A stretch of 64,000 nucleotides of DNA, from positions 806,001-870,000 of the forward strand of contig JAYWIR010000035.1 of NCBI GenBank assembly GCA_036172245.1, written 5' to 3'. The DNA is from Raillietiella orientalis. Taxonomy: Eukaryota. The notes under the pieces are model-generated. The model was not told the origin of the DNA, searched no databases, and worked only from the letters and a program-made list of their open reading frames with translations. This document shows, piece after piece, positions 1 to 13,400 of the stretch. Made by a program: the position numbers and the translations under genes. Every line of letters starts with the position of its first letter. The stretch's first letter is position 1.

Positions 1-269
1 ACATCCGCCCGATTGCTGGAGACGTCTCCTCTAGCAAGCAGTCCCCCCAGTGGGGTCCACTCAGGGAAAGGTGGAAAGGGAGGAAAAAATAACGTACATA
101 CACAAAAACGGGGTCATCCTTTTAAGCGGGAAGAATGCGGGAAGTGATCGCAGCATGATCCCCTGAGTCCTCTGCATCCTATGGAGGATGCTAGAAAGTC
201 ACTCCTTGTAGCACCACAGCTATGATCACCTTGTGATCCTGGTGTAAGAATACTCGATGAGAGTGACAG

Positions 270-2100
270 TTGGCCTCTCCTATCCTGTGCTTCCAAGCCG
301 CCACGATTGCGCGTAGGCAGAAGAAGGTTGAGACTGCCGTAGCAGGCGTCCTGACTCTTAAAGAGACGCTGCAAAACGTCTCTCTCGTTGTCCAGCGGGT
401 GCTGCAGGACCGTGACGAAACATACCCAAATACGCCGGAAGGCTCTAACAGGAAGGACTCGACTTCACCGCTCCGGGCACAATGCGGGTTCACGCTTCCC
501 CCTGTCCAGGAGTACAAAAGAGTGGCTTTTTGTTTGCCCTCCTCCCAGAGCTATCAAAAAGCAGACCGAGGAAGTCCTCTGAGGAAAGCCCTGTGGGGCA
601 AAGGAGGATGCTGTGTCCGACCTGAAGACTTGCTGGCACTGATCTGACGCTGGAGCAAATGGAGCGGCAGTTCCAATTCAGAAGACTGGCCCAGGTGGCC
701 AATGTGTGGTATTGGACTACACACTGGTGTACACTTCCTTGTTGTGCGTGTGGCCGGTTGCGAAAGACTGTCCTACTCCGGCGGCTCGCGTCGGAGGCCT
801 TGTGCTTAAGGCTTCCGCGTGTGGCACCATGCGTCGCGGGTTCGAATACTTGGGCAGAAACTCTGACGCCACTGCGTCGTCGGATTCCGAGTTTCTCCTG
901 CAATGGCGCTGGTTGGCCGAGACATTCGGGCGTGGCACCGGCGGCGGATTAAGCCGGAGGCCCCCGATGAAGGCCGGAACAATGGGAAATTGACCTTCGG
1001 GTCTTCCCAGGAATAAAGGAGTGGGGAGTTCCCCCTCCGGTCGTACAACGGAGAGCGGACCCCCCCCACCGGGGACCCCTCCGGTTTCAAGATGGAGCAG
1101 GAGCCCTCACGGGCATCCCTCCAGTTGTTCAAAGGAGCGGACCCTCCCCGTTGCGGGGGGGACCCTCCGAGTCGTCGCCTCTTCACGGAGTGCAAGGAAG
1201 CTGCAGGACGCCCTGCAGCCAGCTGCAGCCCTTGCAGCACTTTGCTGCATCCGAGGCATCGTGGTGGCATGGAGTGATGCCCAGGACGAAGAAGTTGATG
1301 CCAACGAGATGGAAGTCATCCCGTATGCAGTTCGCTTCATGCAGAGCTGCCGGAAGGCCCCAACTGGGACAGATGCAGATGTACCTCGAGGGCATCCTGC
1401 GAAGGATGGGCCCTCCTCCCAGTGGGCAGTGATCCCTTCCCGGCCCTCCAAACTCTTTTTGTTTTTTTCTTATTTTTATTTTTTTCTCCCCCATCCCATT
1501 CCACTGCCGAGGAGAGTCCCACCGGGCTGCATCCCGGCGTCCCGACAGGTCCGGTGTTGCGTGGCCGTTAGTGGTGCCTTGTACGACGTTTTGTGTTGAC
1601 CATGAACGAGTTTTAAATAAACGTCCCGGCGTATCCGTGTGGCATCTCCGGCGGCTATGCGCAGCCACCGAAGCATGGCTCAGAGCGGGCTTCAGCTTCT
1701 ACAAATGGTAACCCTTTCAAAGGAGAACTCTTCGATATCCGGCAGCCCCACGAACTGTAGTACTGGTTACAGGAAGCAGTTCAAAGGTGAGGGTAAATCC
1801 AGGAGACGAGCCCGGAGTAATTCGCGTCTGCGATTCTCCAGGTACGCTTGTCGAAGGAGATCGTACAGAGCCCCAGGAAGAGAACTTGGGAGGAAAGTAC
1901 CCCTGTTATCTGGGTGCTGCCCCTCCCTGCGGGAGAACGGTAGCCATCTGGCAAAATGGAAGGTTACCTGCGAGACCTCAGGGAGAATGAAACTCATTGG
2001 TCGATGGACCGTGCATCAACCAATCGACGCAGAAACACCACAAGCTCACCCCAAAGGACTTCGCTGCGCAGACATCCTAACAATTTCTCTGTAAGAGGTG
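270..2100 (+). mobile_element. Possible highly decayed LTR-retrotransposon (Ty3/gypsy-like) remnant
   Basis: GC-rich block with broken ORFs. QKKVETAVAGVLTLKETLQNVSLV has the spacing of the RT segment Q..ME..L.G.....YLDD, but the YLDD motif is absent. There is weak resemblance to integrase and gag zinc-knuckle segments further on. Impression only. Confidence 0.2.
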
Positions 2101-4636
2101 GAGACTCCCGTGGTGTTTACGGGACGAATCTGTGCTTCCCCTCAAGCGGCAGCACTCGGCCTTGGAAGTCTTGCATTGAGCGCTCCCTCACAACGCACGA
2201 CAGTTAAATGTTTAATGACCCAAAGACCACAAAACCAGTTGCAATAAGTAACAGAAGTATTTTGACAGCATTCAGTGTTAGTGGTCATATCCAAAAGGAC
2301 CAAAACGTGACCACTCCTCGTATTCGCTTTTAGAATGCTTTGCTAAACTCACCTAAGTTAAATACATTCCATTCTGGAATCCTAGCATTTGTGAAGTGGT
2401 TGAATTCCTGGTGATGCCCCGTTTGCATAAGGCATCCGGAGTAAGCCGTAACTTTTTGCAAGCCCACTGGGATCTTGAGCGCAGGTTCAACTCTCATAGC
2501 ACTCGGGCAAAGTTTATGGTTGTAAGCCGTAAACACTGTGCTGTTTAAAGTGCCTCGGCATCTCAAGAGGATGATTCTTTAAAAGATGTTCCTCCAGTAA
2601 ATCAACTTGCAGAACCAAAAAAAAAGTTATGCGTAAAAGATATGATGCGGATTCCATTCACCGAAGGGATCTCATTCGACACTGCAGAATGCCTGCTACT
2701 TACATCCGAGATTGTTCCGGATGTGAATGTATGAGTAAACAAAAGAACAAAGAAACTTCTTAGTAAAACCTGAATGAAGGCTTCAACAATCACTGGAAAA
2801 TCCACTTTTAGAGATAGAGCAACTCTGGAATATCAAAGATTCGATTTCACCGTAAGCCTTAACATCAAATAAAGCGACATCATACCGGGAAAGAACAGGA
2901 AAGAAACTAGTAAGTTTCGAAAACGAAAGAGTGCTACTAGTAGAAATATTTCGTTTTAGAAGATTAATCAGATTAGACACGTGGGAGATCATATTCGTCG
3001 AAACTTTTCCGTGGTGCTCGAATTGCGGGCATAAGCCATACGATGTTAGTACAATTAACATGAGGTGAAATCAATTTTCAAAGACGCCAAGAATCCACAC
3101 GAAAATTATTAATGTTTCGCTTCAGCTTTCATCAATTGGTGCTCATTAAATCGATAGTCTCACTTTCTCTGGTTCCGTTATGATAACTTGGTTCCTGCAA
3201 AACCATTTTTGTTAGCAGAGTTAATGATATAATTCCTCAGCTCAAGAGAACAATTAGTAAAAAATCACTGAATGAAATGTCACTGATGTGAACGAAACAT
3301 CTACGAAAACAAAAACACCCCAAATACTGCAACTAGCTAAATGAATATGTAAACAATATGGCATTATAGCAAAAATTCATAATTGATGCCTTAAACTGAT
3401 TTCACAAATTACTGCATCACTGTCAAAAAGCGTCATCTGCTCAAGGAAACTTTGCATCATACTACTGCAAGCACCAAAACATTCAACATGAAATAACACA
3501 ACTGATATCCCCTATCAGTAGATCTACGATCAAGATGCAGTAGTGAGATGAGCTATGAGTAGGATGCAGTCCTTGGTTTCAAATGGAGATGAAGTTGGAA
3601 TCACAGAGGTGCTTGAAGTTCCACACAATGTCCCTAAACATGGATGAAATGAATGCAAATGCCTAGAATTCTCCAAAATTTTAACTACGCTTCCCATTAT
3701 GAATAATATGTATGCAAACTGAATTTTTCAAGGTGACTGACAACATGCAACTTGCAAATAACATTTTAAAGAGCAAGAACTTGTACACCTCAGAAACAAA
3801 ACCTAATTCAAAAACAACTCACAATCAATACTCTAAACTTATGTAGTTCAATGGGATGTGTCTTCTCAGTTGAAGCAAATGATCTCAAAGAGAAATCTCA
3901 CAGCAAAAACTGTTACTCGTTTCCAGGACCTTTACTTGTACAAAAGCCCTTTTCTGCAAGAATGCAAATGACATGTGGTAATACAGACAGCATTAAGTAC
4001 CAATTTGCAAATTGAAGTTGAATTTTTATATAATCCTTGTTTTTATATCTGCATTACACTATCAAAGCTTCCCAAGTGGATTAGTTGTCTAATCCTATTG
4101 GATTTACTGATAGTATAACTTTACTGATAGCATCATCAAGTTTATTGGAAACAAACTATGACTGACAACAAGTGAGGCACTTACATAACAAATATTTGAC
4201 AGCAAGTTTCATGTCTCTAATTTAAATTTTTCTTATATCAAAATTACACTTAACAAAGCAATAGGAAATTCATCTAAATATAAAATCTTTTGCAAGGAAT
4301 AGGCATTATTCTGTTTTCTGTGAAAAGAAATAAAATGTTAAGTCTCAGCAAACTTTACTTAACTTATCATGAAAACAAAACAGTATATCTTACAATGAAT
4401 CTCCAAATACAAGTTTCATATCTTTGCAAAGACAATGGATCTGCTATAAAGCATTTTTTCAACAATATAGCAATCATTGTATTCATTTTTTAAAGTTGAC
4501 TGCAAGATGAAGCTTGGCAGTCAAAATTCAAGCAAAAAATCAATGTTCCTGTTACTTCTCATTGCTTTGCACTTGCTAAGCGATCTGAGTGATTTTCGGT
4601 TTGCAAGTACTTGTGGAGGGAAAAAATGCACATATT

Positions 4637-6285
4637 CTAGTCATTCTTGGCTGAATCCTGTTTGTGCTTTCTCAAGGCCCTTTTTCTTGCTTCTCCAAGC
4701 ATTTTAAGAATTATGTAATCTTTTATGAAGGGAGCAACATTGGACATTATTGTAACCCCTAACAACTGAATGTCATGCACCCAGCAACCTCCAGTACAAT
4801 GCTGCCAGAATACCCTTTTGAGAGTTGTGGTTGCAAAACTTTGAGGAGAAGGCACAGTGAAAGATGGTTTCCTAATGCCTGACATGGCAGTAGCCACATA
4901 TCCTGGAATAACTGTATGAACTACTATACCCATCTTTTTATATTCAGACTGAAGACTCAAACTGAAATTCTTGACAAATGCCTGAAAAACAATGGGAACA
5001 GCAATTAGAACAAGAAAAAGTCTTTAATAAAACGATCATCTAATTGCAACTGCATTAACTAATTGGGAGTATGGAAAAGAAATTAATACCTTAGATGCTC
5101 CATATAAGCTCAAAAGAGGGCATGGAAATGCTCCTGATATTGATGATATGTTAATGATCACTCCTTTTCTTTTGGCTACCATTGACTGAAGAACAATTTG
5201 TGTCATCATGGTAACTGATGTAATATTACAATTGAGCAAATCCATGCAAAACTTCCTGCCACCAGATATGTCACCAAAATATTCTGGATACCTGCAGATA
5301 AATAATGTTTTTGAACTACTGAATTGCTGAAATCTTTGGAAAAATTAATGTTTGATCATACATCACTTTGACTGCTTATGAAAAATTATAAATAAGTCAA
5401 AGTAAAGATTACTCTTGCAATTTACCATCTTGCAGTTCGAGCTAAAGATCTAAGTTTCTCTCTTACTTATAACTCATTCCAACATTGTTTACAAGAACTC
5501 CTATATCCAAGTCTTTCAATTCTTTTTCAATCTGTTCATATATGTCACTGTTTGTAAAATCGACGTGTATAATTTTCGTTTTAACATTATATGTTAGTTC
5601 TGAAAACACTTAATAAGATCACTACAGATATGATTAATCAAATACCTATTTCTTGAGCAACCTGTTTCAATTTTGTAATTGACCTACTTAGCAATACAAT
5701 GTTAAGTCCACATCTTGCAAGCTGCACATAGAAGTATTTTTTTAAAATTTATAGTATATTCTAAAACATCTACTTCAAAAAATCCTTATTTGCATCCCAT
5801 GATCATATTACATTAACATAAAATAATTAGGTAAACAAACCATGTATGCAAATTGTTAAGGAAACTTGAGTTCCGAAATTCATAAACCTTAAATGCTAAA
5901 ATAAATTACGCTCAAGATACTCACATTATGTGCAAATCCTTTGCCAATTCCGTCAGTACAACCTGTAATAACTGAAAAATTACAAATTAATATTCTCCAT
6001 CTTAACATCAAAATTTGAAAGCTGAAAATCACTAATAATGCTTTCCAATGAGCTATTTAAATATGCATGAACATAAAACTGTTTTCCGTTAAGATAAAAT
6101 CATCATAAGGGCACTCGTTACACAGTGGAAGCCTTACCTGCCCATTCTCCACATTTTTTAAAATCCGGCATCCTATTAAAGGAAAAAAATCTCCACAACA
6201 GAACAACTAAATACACAAATACTGAAAAAGCAGCAATCACACTCACAAGGAGTTTAAGATCATCTAAATATAATGTAGACAGCAT
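4637..6285 (-). CDS. HSD17B12: Short-chain dehydrogenase/reductase, very-long-chain 3-oxoacyl-CoA reductase / 17-beta-HSD12-like, about 316 aa, 6 coding exons
   Basis: Exons 6285-6138, 5971-5925, 5721-5646, 5599-5467, 5291-5090 and 4981-4637, all GT-AG with consistent phases (951 nt). The protein has an N-terminal hydrophobic segment, GEWAVITGCTDGIGKG (Rossmann TGxxxGIG), LVNNVGMSYKYPEYF, INISS, catalytic YGASK (YxxxK) and PGYVATAMS. These are typical of the HSD17B12/KAR subfamily. Exact orthology versus HSDL1-type paralogues was not tested. Confidence 0.9.
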
Positions 6286-6589
6286 CTTGAATATCTGACA
6301 GAAGCATTAACTATGATTCAGTTGGATCTTTATCCCACATAACAAAAATTAACAGTTGTTATACCCTATTTCCAAGTTGGTACACGCAGAGCTTCCGCCT
6401 AACACGAAAGTAACAATCTTATGTTAAAAACACTGAACACATAAAAGAACAATCGCGGAACTCCCAATCTTCCAATCAAACTTAAAATTATGTGGCATGC
6501 TGTCAGATTACCCTTCGGCTACGAAGAACTACACATTTCACCAAGAGTGAACATGCAACATAGGTTGTAGGGCAACAATAATCGGAACC

Positions 6590-6735
6590 GTGTGTGTGTG
6601 TGTCCTTTTTCTTTTCTTTTTTTTTTTTTTTTTTCCTTTCCTTTCTCCTTTCAAACACCAACTGGATGTTTCGTCGAAAAACTTCCAGCATATCCCATGA
6701 ATGATGAACGTTTCAACACACACACACACACACAC
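6590..6735. repeat. (GT)n, poly-T and (CA)n simple repeats upstream of the SDR gene
   Basis: gtgtgtgtgtgtgt at ~6590-6603, T-run at ~6617-6634 and acacacacacacacacac at ~6717-6735. Confidence 0.85.
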
Positions 6736-7955
6736 CTGTATGCTACTTTTTTATGTACCGACTCCACGCAAACCACCACCCGAGACGGCACGAGTTGCCG
6801 GCAGATAGCACGAAAAAAAAAAAAAAAAAGGAATAGGAAAAAAATGAACAAAAAAACCCTAAAGCAGAACTGTACGCCTTGCCATCCCAACACTTCTCCT
6901 TGGTGATCTGCTTCTCAGGTGAGACCTGCAGCCAACGATTGCAGCCGTGTGAACGAGCGTGCCTCTTCCCCCCCCCCCCCTTTGCCTTTTGGAATACCTC
7001 ATTAATTTATTAAGCTCAAAATCAGGCAGAGAGTTGGATGGTGGACGGCCGCGGCAGAAACGACGTGCTCACCCACTGTGCTGGGGTTCGGAGGTGGATT
7101 TACGTAAAGTTAATGAAGTCATCACAACTGATGGAATGCAATTAACACACCGGATCGGTGCAACTACTTTTGTATCAATATGGAGTAATACGTTTCAAAT
7201 TTCTAAACTGTTTGAACCGGTTGACGTTCACAATATGCACTTGGAATGAGGTGTTTACTCTTTTTTCATAATAATTGCATGTCCCAAAATTGTTCAAATG
7301 GATTTAAGCTTACCTAGGAAAAAAATCCTTTATCAATTTATATTTTCTTGAACCATGTTCAAAAGCGCCACTTTACAGATTAGAGTCAAATCAAAGATAA
7401 ATTTGCAGTTGCTTCATTACACAAACAAAAGGAAATGGAAGCATACATCATCTTCACCCACCCTCCCACCAATATGAGTGTTCGGTAACCAAGATAAAAT
7501 GAATTCTTTGAAAAGTAAAATAGGATGGATAAATCAATTCTTCCGTACTTTGGGGATTTTAAGGGCGATCAGAAAATCTGATGAATGCAGTTTCACAAAA
7601 ATTAACCTCAGGATTTATAAAGCAACAATCGAAAAATCACCACCGTCTCATTAATAATCAAGTGACTTATATGCTCGGAGTAGTTCAAACTCTCCCAACA
7701 TTCCTCAATAGATAGAATTTTTTTTTAATAATTATTTATTCCAGGTATTCCGAAGCATCATTTTGAATTCATATTGCATAAGAGGTAAAACGTTGTAAGC
7801 CTTCCAATTTAATGAAATTATAAAAAATATGATTCTGTAACTTTGATAAAAAATAATTCCTCGATATATTTTGTATACGACATCATATTTTAGAAATTAC
7901 TGCATATGATAAATCAAACACTTTTATAGATGCACAACAAATACTGAAACTGGCT

Positions 7956-9391
7956 TTATAGAATTTCAAATTCTTCATCGGATGTATTAGAGCATGATTC
8001 AAAACAACAGTCTTTTTCCAAGACAAGACTCTTACTATCCCATGTTTGTGGCAACTGTTCACAAATTTCAAACAGTGGAAAAGAGTAATTTTTCCTGAGT
8101 AACTGCTGCAATGAAATGCATAGTTGATCAAATTCTTCTTCAGAACTACAACAGAAACACTGATGCACATATGATAAGTATTGTTACAATCATCTCAGCT
8201 CACTACTGCAATAGATGGATCCATATCTTGAAAACTCATTCTTGAAAAATAAGTACAGTGATATGTAGCATCTGCTTCTTCTTCCTCTGGAGTTAACTTC
8301 CTTCCAACAGTAGCCACATTTTGAGTAAAATGAGGATCAAGGAAAATAGCTTCATCGCCTACAAACCCCACAATATATAAAGCATGATCAGGCTTTCCAC
8401 CAATTATGCCTAAGCTTAATGGTATGCTGAGACATATTTTCAGACTGGCTATATAGACTGGGTTCACCTTAGTCAATCCAACACGTAAAGGTACTGCTAG
8501 GATCAGTGGTAGCCATGAATCAGCATGTTGGCATTGTTTTTCTGCAACACAAATGAACATTTAAACTTGTAGTCTGAATTCAAGTCCTTTTACTTACTGA
8601 TATTACTAATAACAATCATGTTATTCAGTGCCACATGAATAACAAATTTCTGCTTCTGATTCCTTTCAGACAGTTTCCTTTATTAGAATCATTTATAATG
8701 TTTCAATGAAATGCCATCTTAACCTGAGTATTTGCATGATTGTATTTGGGCCATACCACTGACCCACAGCCTTCCCTTCAGTAGCTCCCAATAAAGCTAT
8801 TTGATGAATAGAAAATCCAGCTGACTCATTATCTTCAAACATGGATAAAATACTTAAATAATTTGGATCACATGTAACCTCGGACCATTTCCAATCCCGA
8901 CCTAAGAAAATTCGATAAACATTACAATAAACATTCATCAAAATAAAAAAATTAAAATTATGAAGTCTGAATGAGCCTACATAAGTAAAAACAGGTTAGT
9001 GCTTGTCCAAGCAACATTTGTCCACATCTTAACATGCATCCCCAACCACGATCAGTTGTAGGTCCATCGTGTCCAATTGGTGAAAAGTTCTTTCTATACG
9101 TGAACCAAAATTTGCTTCTAACATCTGAATACAATTCCAACAAATCTATTTTGGAAAAAAGAAAAAGAACGTCCATACTATTAATCATTTTTTCACTGTA
9201 GACTATACATAAAAGCTGGGCAAATTAATATCGCTCTAATGCCCTTTCACAACTATACAAAACTATTTAAATTAATAATTGCCTTCATCAAGTTGAGTAT
9301 CGTATTTCTTTCCTAGAATCCACGCAGGTTCACCATTCAAAGAACTACAATTTCCTATATGCTTGTTAAAAGTCTCATTTAAAGAATTCAT
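7956..9391 (-). CDS. ATG4B: Autophagy cysteine protease ATG4 (ATG4A/B-type, peptidase C54), about 357 aa, 6 coding exons
   Basis: Exons 9391-9283, 9145-8981, 8901-8724, 8677-8598, 8541-8204 and 8159-7956 (1074 nt, phases consistent). Motifs: PAWILGKKY, WFTYRKNFSPIG, catalytic TTDRGWGCMLRCGQM, GQWYGPN, GIIGGKPDHALY, FLDPH (catalytic Asp/His), MDPSIAV and a C-terminal LIR-like DEEFEIL. The first intron needs a GC donor. Confidence 0.95.
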
Positions 9392-10438
9392 ATATATTCT
9401 GTTTCAGCTTACAGTGCTTACACGTAAGTATATGTTTACCAATAACAAATGGAGATACATCGGCGATTTTCGTGGAGCACGATTTGAAGATTACCGTCTA
9501 TGCACAGTGCAGTTTCGTACGGTTACCAATACTTTTCATTCGTTTTCTTAGCTAACGCATCAAAATATCTCAAAATACTTGGTTGGGTTCCTAAGTGAAT
9601 GTGGATTTTCGATATTTCTCAAAATAAATTTTTTTAATGCTGTTTCTGAAATAGATATCTAGAAGAACTGTGGAATAGCATGCAATTTTGAAATACCATT
9701 GATTCGGATTTGGTTGTAAATTGAGTAGGATAGAGAACTTTCTGCACTTATAAATCTTTAATTAGATCCTAAATTCTGAAATTTAAATTTCTTTGCATCA
9801 AAGCAAAAAGCTCAAAATCTTGAGAGAAAGTGATTTTTGTGTTATTTTGTAATTTAAGGCTATCATGTATTGTAGCAAAAGTAATTCTTTAATTGCAAAT
9901 TACTAGCAAACATTTCATGAATCTGCTGGGGAAAAAAAAGCAAAACTTTCTACCTACTTGGAAAAAATTTCGTTCAATTCTCACTTTATGACAAAAATCA
10001 TATTCTTATTTGAATCATATTCTTATTATCTTATTTGAATCAACATTATTATCTGAACCATGTGGCATATACGAAATGCTTAGTCAAATTTCGGTATGCT
10101 TCTAAGTTTAACTTATATACTATATTAATGTGGTAACTATTTAAATGTGCATTTCGAATTTGAATTTCTCGAATGCTGTGTTATTTAGCACTAGCTATGG
10201 TATGTTTTGGTATATGTTTGAAGTATGAATGGTAATATCCACTCCTCATTTCGATTCATTATTAATGACGGACAATGTACTGCTAATGGAAACATTATAG
10301 ATTCAAATCTAATGCAATCAATGTAAAATGGCTGGCCAATTATCTAGCTTTAATTAGGGTTTCCCTAGCAAAAGTAATATAAAGGTGGAGGCACATTCAT
10401 TCAGAGCATTGATCTTGGAGTGTCACAATGATGTACGA

Positions 10439-10484
10439 GCAGCACAAATGTTCGAACAGCGCAAATGTTGAACATTTGTGCTGC
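10439..10484. repeat. Perfect 15-bp inverted repeat with 16-nt spacer
   Basis: GCAGCACAAATGTTC-gaacagcgcaaatgtt-GAACATTTGTGCTGC; the arms are exact reverse complements. Confidence 0.9.
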
Positions 10485-13400
10485 CCAAAGAATTGTGCAC
10501 GATATTAGTGTTGATTAGTCTTTAATTCAAAATAAACGTCAATCTTTCAAATGTGGGGATCAAGAACAAAAGCTGATTCGATTCAAATGTTAATTTTTTA
10601 TGCTCTCTTAGTTTTTCACGGCTTTTAGAAACTCTAGTTCACAACGATGCAAATCTTAGAAAGAGACACTCGATTTGTTAACCTTTCTTGTCACTGAAAA
10701 ATGTCTTTCAGAAACGTATTGAGTGGTATACGCAAAGCTTCTAAATGTTATTAAAAGGAGCTTCAGCTTTAAAGAATAATTTCAACGTCACAGATTCACA
10801 TAACAGAAAGTATAAGATAGTAGAGAGTACTGTGGCCAAGATTTAGAAATAACTTTTGAGAAGGTTGCCTTCGGTAATGCAATCGTGTTCAGATTAATAG
10901 ACCTCCAATGCAATGAAAATGCAGTGTTTGTATGCACTTCAGAAGTGCTTTTTAAAACTTCAAATGGAATATGCAGATCGTTTATTTGAAATGCATTAAT
11001 AAACTATTCTCTGAGCAAAAAAAAAAAAAGGATGAGAGCTTCCAGCAACTGGGAGCAGAACTCGTCGTGGCATACGAACAGAAGTAATTATGCATTCCTA
11101 ATTCATTCACAGGTCTCAGCGTATTTCTGTTGACTTTCAGATTTAATCATCTAAAAAGGCATTAGATAACAGTCTACTTTCTTTACTGATGCATTCATCT
11201 ACTTGTCCCTAGATGCTTCGTTTTGACAGAGCTTCTTTTTTTCCTAAAAAAATTCTAAAATAATGTCTTCTTAAATGAAGTTCATGAGTAGGAAGCATTG
11301 CACGATTTATGAAATGCCAGAAGCCACTTATCCTGACTTTTCCCTTGGGAAGGAACGTTTCCAGTAAGCGAACGCATTTGCTTGGAGATTGCTGCTCGCG
11401 TGGGATGTCATTCTGAAAGCGTGCACAAGCAGAAATTTCCATCGTCGAACCAGTTGCTGAACGATTAAGTTTTCGTACAATTACGGGGTATCAACCTTGG
11501 TCTTCATTAGCATCTTCGTTTTCCTTCCACGGTAACTCATGCGTTTTGTGATGAAAACACAATCTTCGTTCAGGTTACCGTAGGAGTTTCGTGATACTAT
11601 GCCAAACATCCTGGTGAAATAGGAATCAAGCCATTCAACTCAAACTTGTATCACAGCGTGGAAATTGACATGGGATAGAGACTACTCTGTATAGGAAGCT
11701 CTGTATGCACAAGTTGCTTTAGGGAACATGTATTTGTTTGTGAAAATGTGGTAACATACGAGCAGGTAAGAAACGGTAAGAAACATTTGCAGTGTTATAT
11801 TACCTTTCGAATTTCATGTTTTTGCAGCAAATTTTCCTGTTAGCCTGGAAGTTTCGAGAATTAGATTACAGTTGAGTAATCGACTTTCCAACCCAGAAGG
11901 ATCTCAACGTCGAATCCAAGCTACCTTTCCACCTCCGCTTATGCAGATTCTATGCATAACCCAGCATCCTTTACGATTCAACTTTCGTAGTTTTCCAATT
12001 TGCCATAAACCGATCTCATGTTCTTTCATGCTCCACCAATCATCGTGCAAACAGAAGATCAACGCGGCATGGACAAACACGTGAAAACTGCACAACTATT
12101 AGTGCCGGACGACTCCTTCCAGGAATCTTTCCAATGCCTCATATCTTCAGCATCTAAGGAAGAAGAAGGAAGCAATCAATCAATTCTTAACTCAGCCTCC
12201 ATTCTATACAGTCAGCATCAGACGAATATCCGCGCTGCGCAAAACCGCAAACCTCCCTTGCCTTACCATTAAGTGGCATCCCTCATCTAAAATAATGATT
12301 CTCTTTGTCTCTTAAGTGTCCTCTACTCTAAAACTGGCGTGGCCATGCATTCATAATTGATTGTCAAATCCATGATCAGTTTGGATGCAGATCCCTGGAT
12401 GGGCGGACAGTAGTGATAAGCAAGGTTTCCGGTATCCCAAGAGCCCATGTGAGTGTTCCAACTGATTTCAAACCAGCAGCAAGATTCTGGATGTGTGTTT
12501 TTTTTTTTCGTGCGTGTCACAAAATGACACTCGAAGCACGGCAACGCGAAAGGACGGACTCGATGATTCGTAGTGTGTAGAAACGAAAAAACAAGGAAAT
12601 CTCACTTCTCGATCTCGTTGGGGTTCCAGTTTCAGCCAGGGGAAAAGAGATTTGCTTAGTCGTTTTTATAGCCTCCCTCAAATGCAAGCGGTGGAGCCTG
12701 CGCCGGTTGCTTAGCAGCGAAAGTGAGGTTACCCGTAACGAGAGGAGGAAGGGGAAGGAAAGAGAAACCGGACCCCTTGTACGACGCAGGGAAAAGCAGT
12801 TTCTTCCTTTACCTATTCTTTTTTTTCCAGCAGTCCCTTTTTTTCTCAACAGTAACACTTCATTTCTTTCACGCTGCTCAGAGAGCTGCTTGGGATTGAC
12901 TTTTCGGTTTTTTTTTTTCCTCGAAGGAGCGAATTCTCCTGCAGAAAGTAGTGAGGGAAAGCGGAGATCCTCTGATGCCTGGATGTCAAACCACTTTCGA
13001 GGAGCGCTGTGCCTCAAGGATTGTGGCAGCTCATATCTGGACTCCGCACCCTTTCGGGATGCTCTCTGCTTTCCCTGTTTCGTATGGATGTGAGGGACTG
13101 CCCTTCCTTCGAAGCTCGGCCGCCGAATCGCGCAGAGCATTGCACGACGAATCCCACGAGGGCCTACGAGAAGAGTTTCTTGGCCTCTGCAAATGAAAGA
13201 AATCTCGCGCGAAAAGCAGCAGAGAATGTAATGAGGTTCGTTGGCTTGGTCCAGGAGTGTACATCCTCATGGTACGGGAGCTTCGATTGGACCAAATTAG
13301 GAATGTGGCAATCATGGCTCTTTAGAGAACTTCGATTTCGGGTTTTCTGAAGCTGGCTTTAAGACCCCCTGTAAAAGTAATCTTGGATGCCTTTATCGTT

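Noticed and set aside
11649..11670. TATCACAG miR-2/13-like seed
   Set aside because: The rest of the sequence does not match the family and no compact pre-miRNA hairpin forms.
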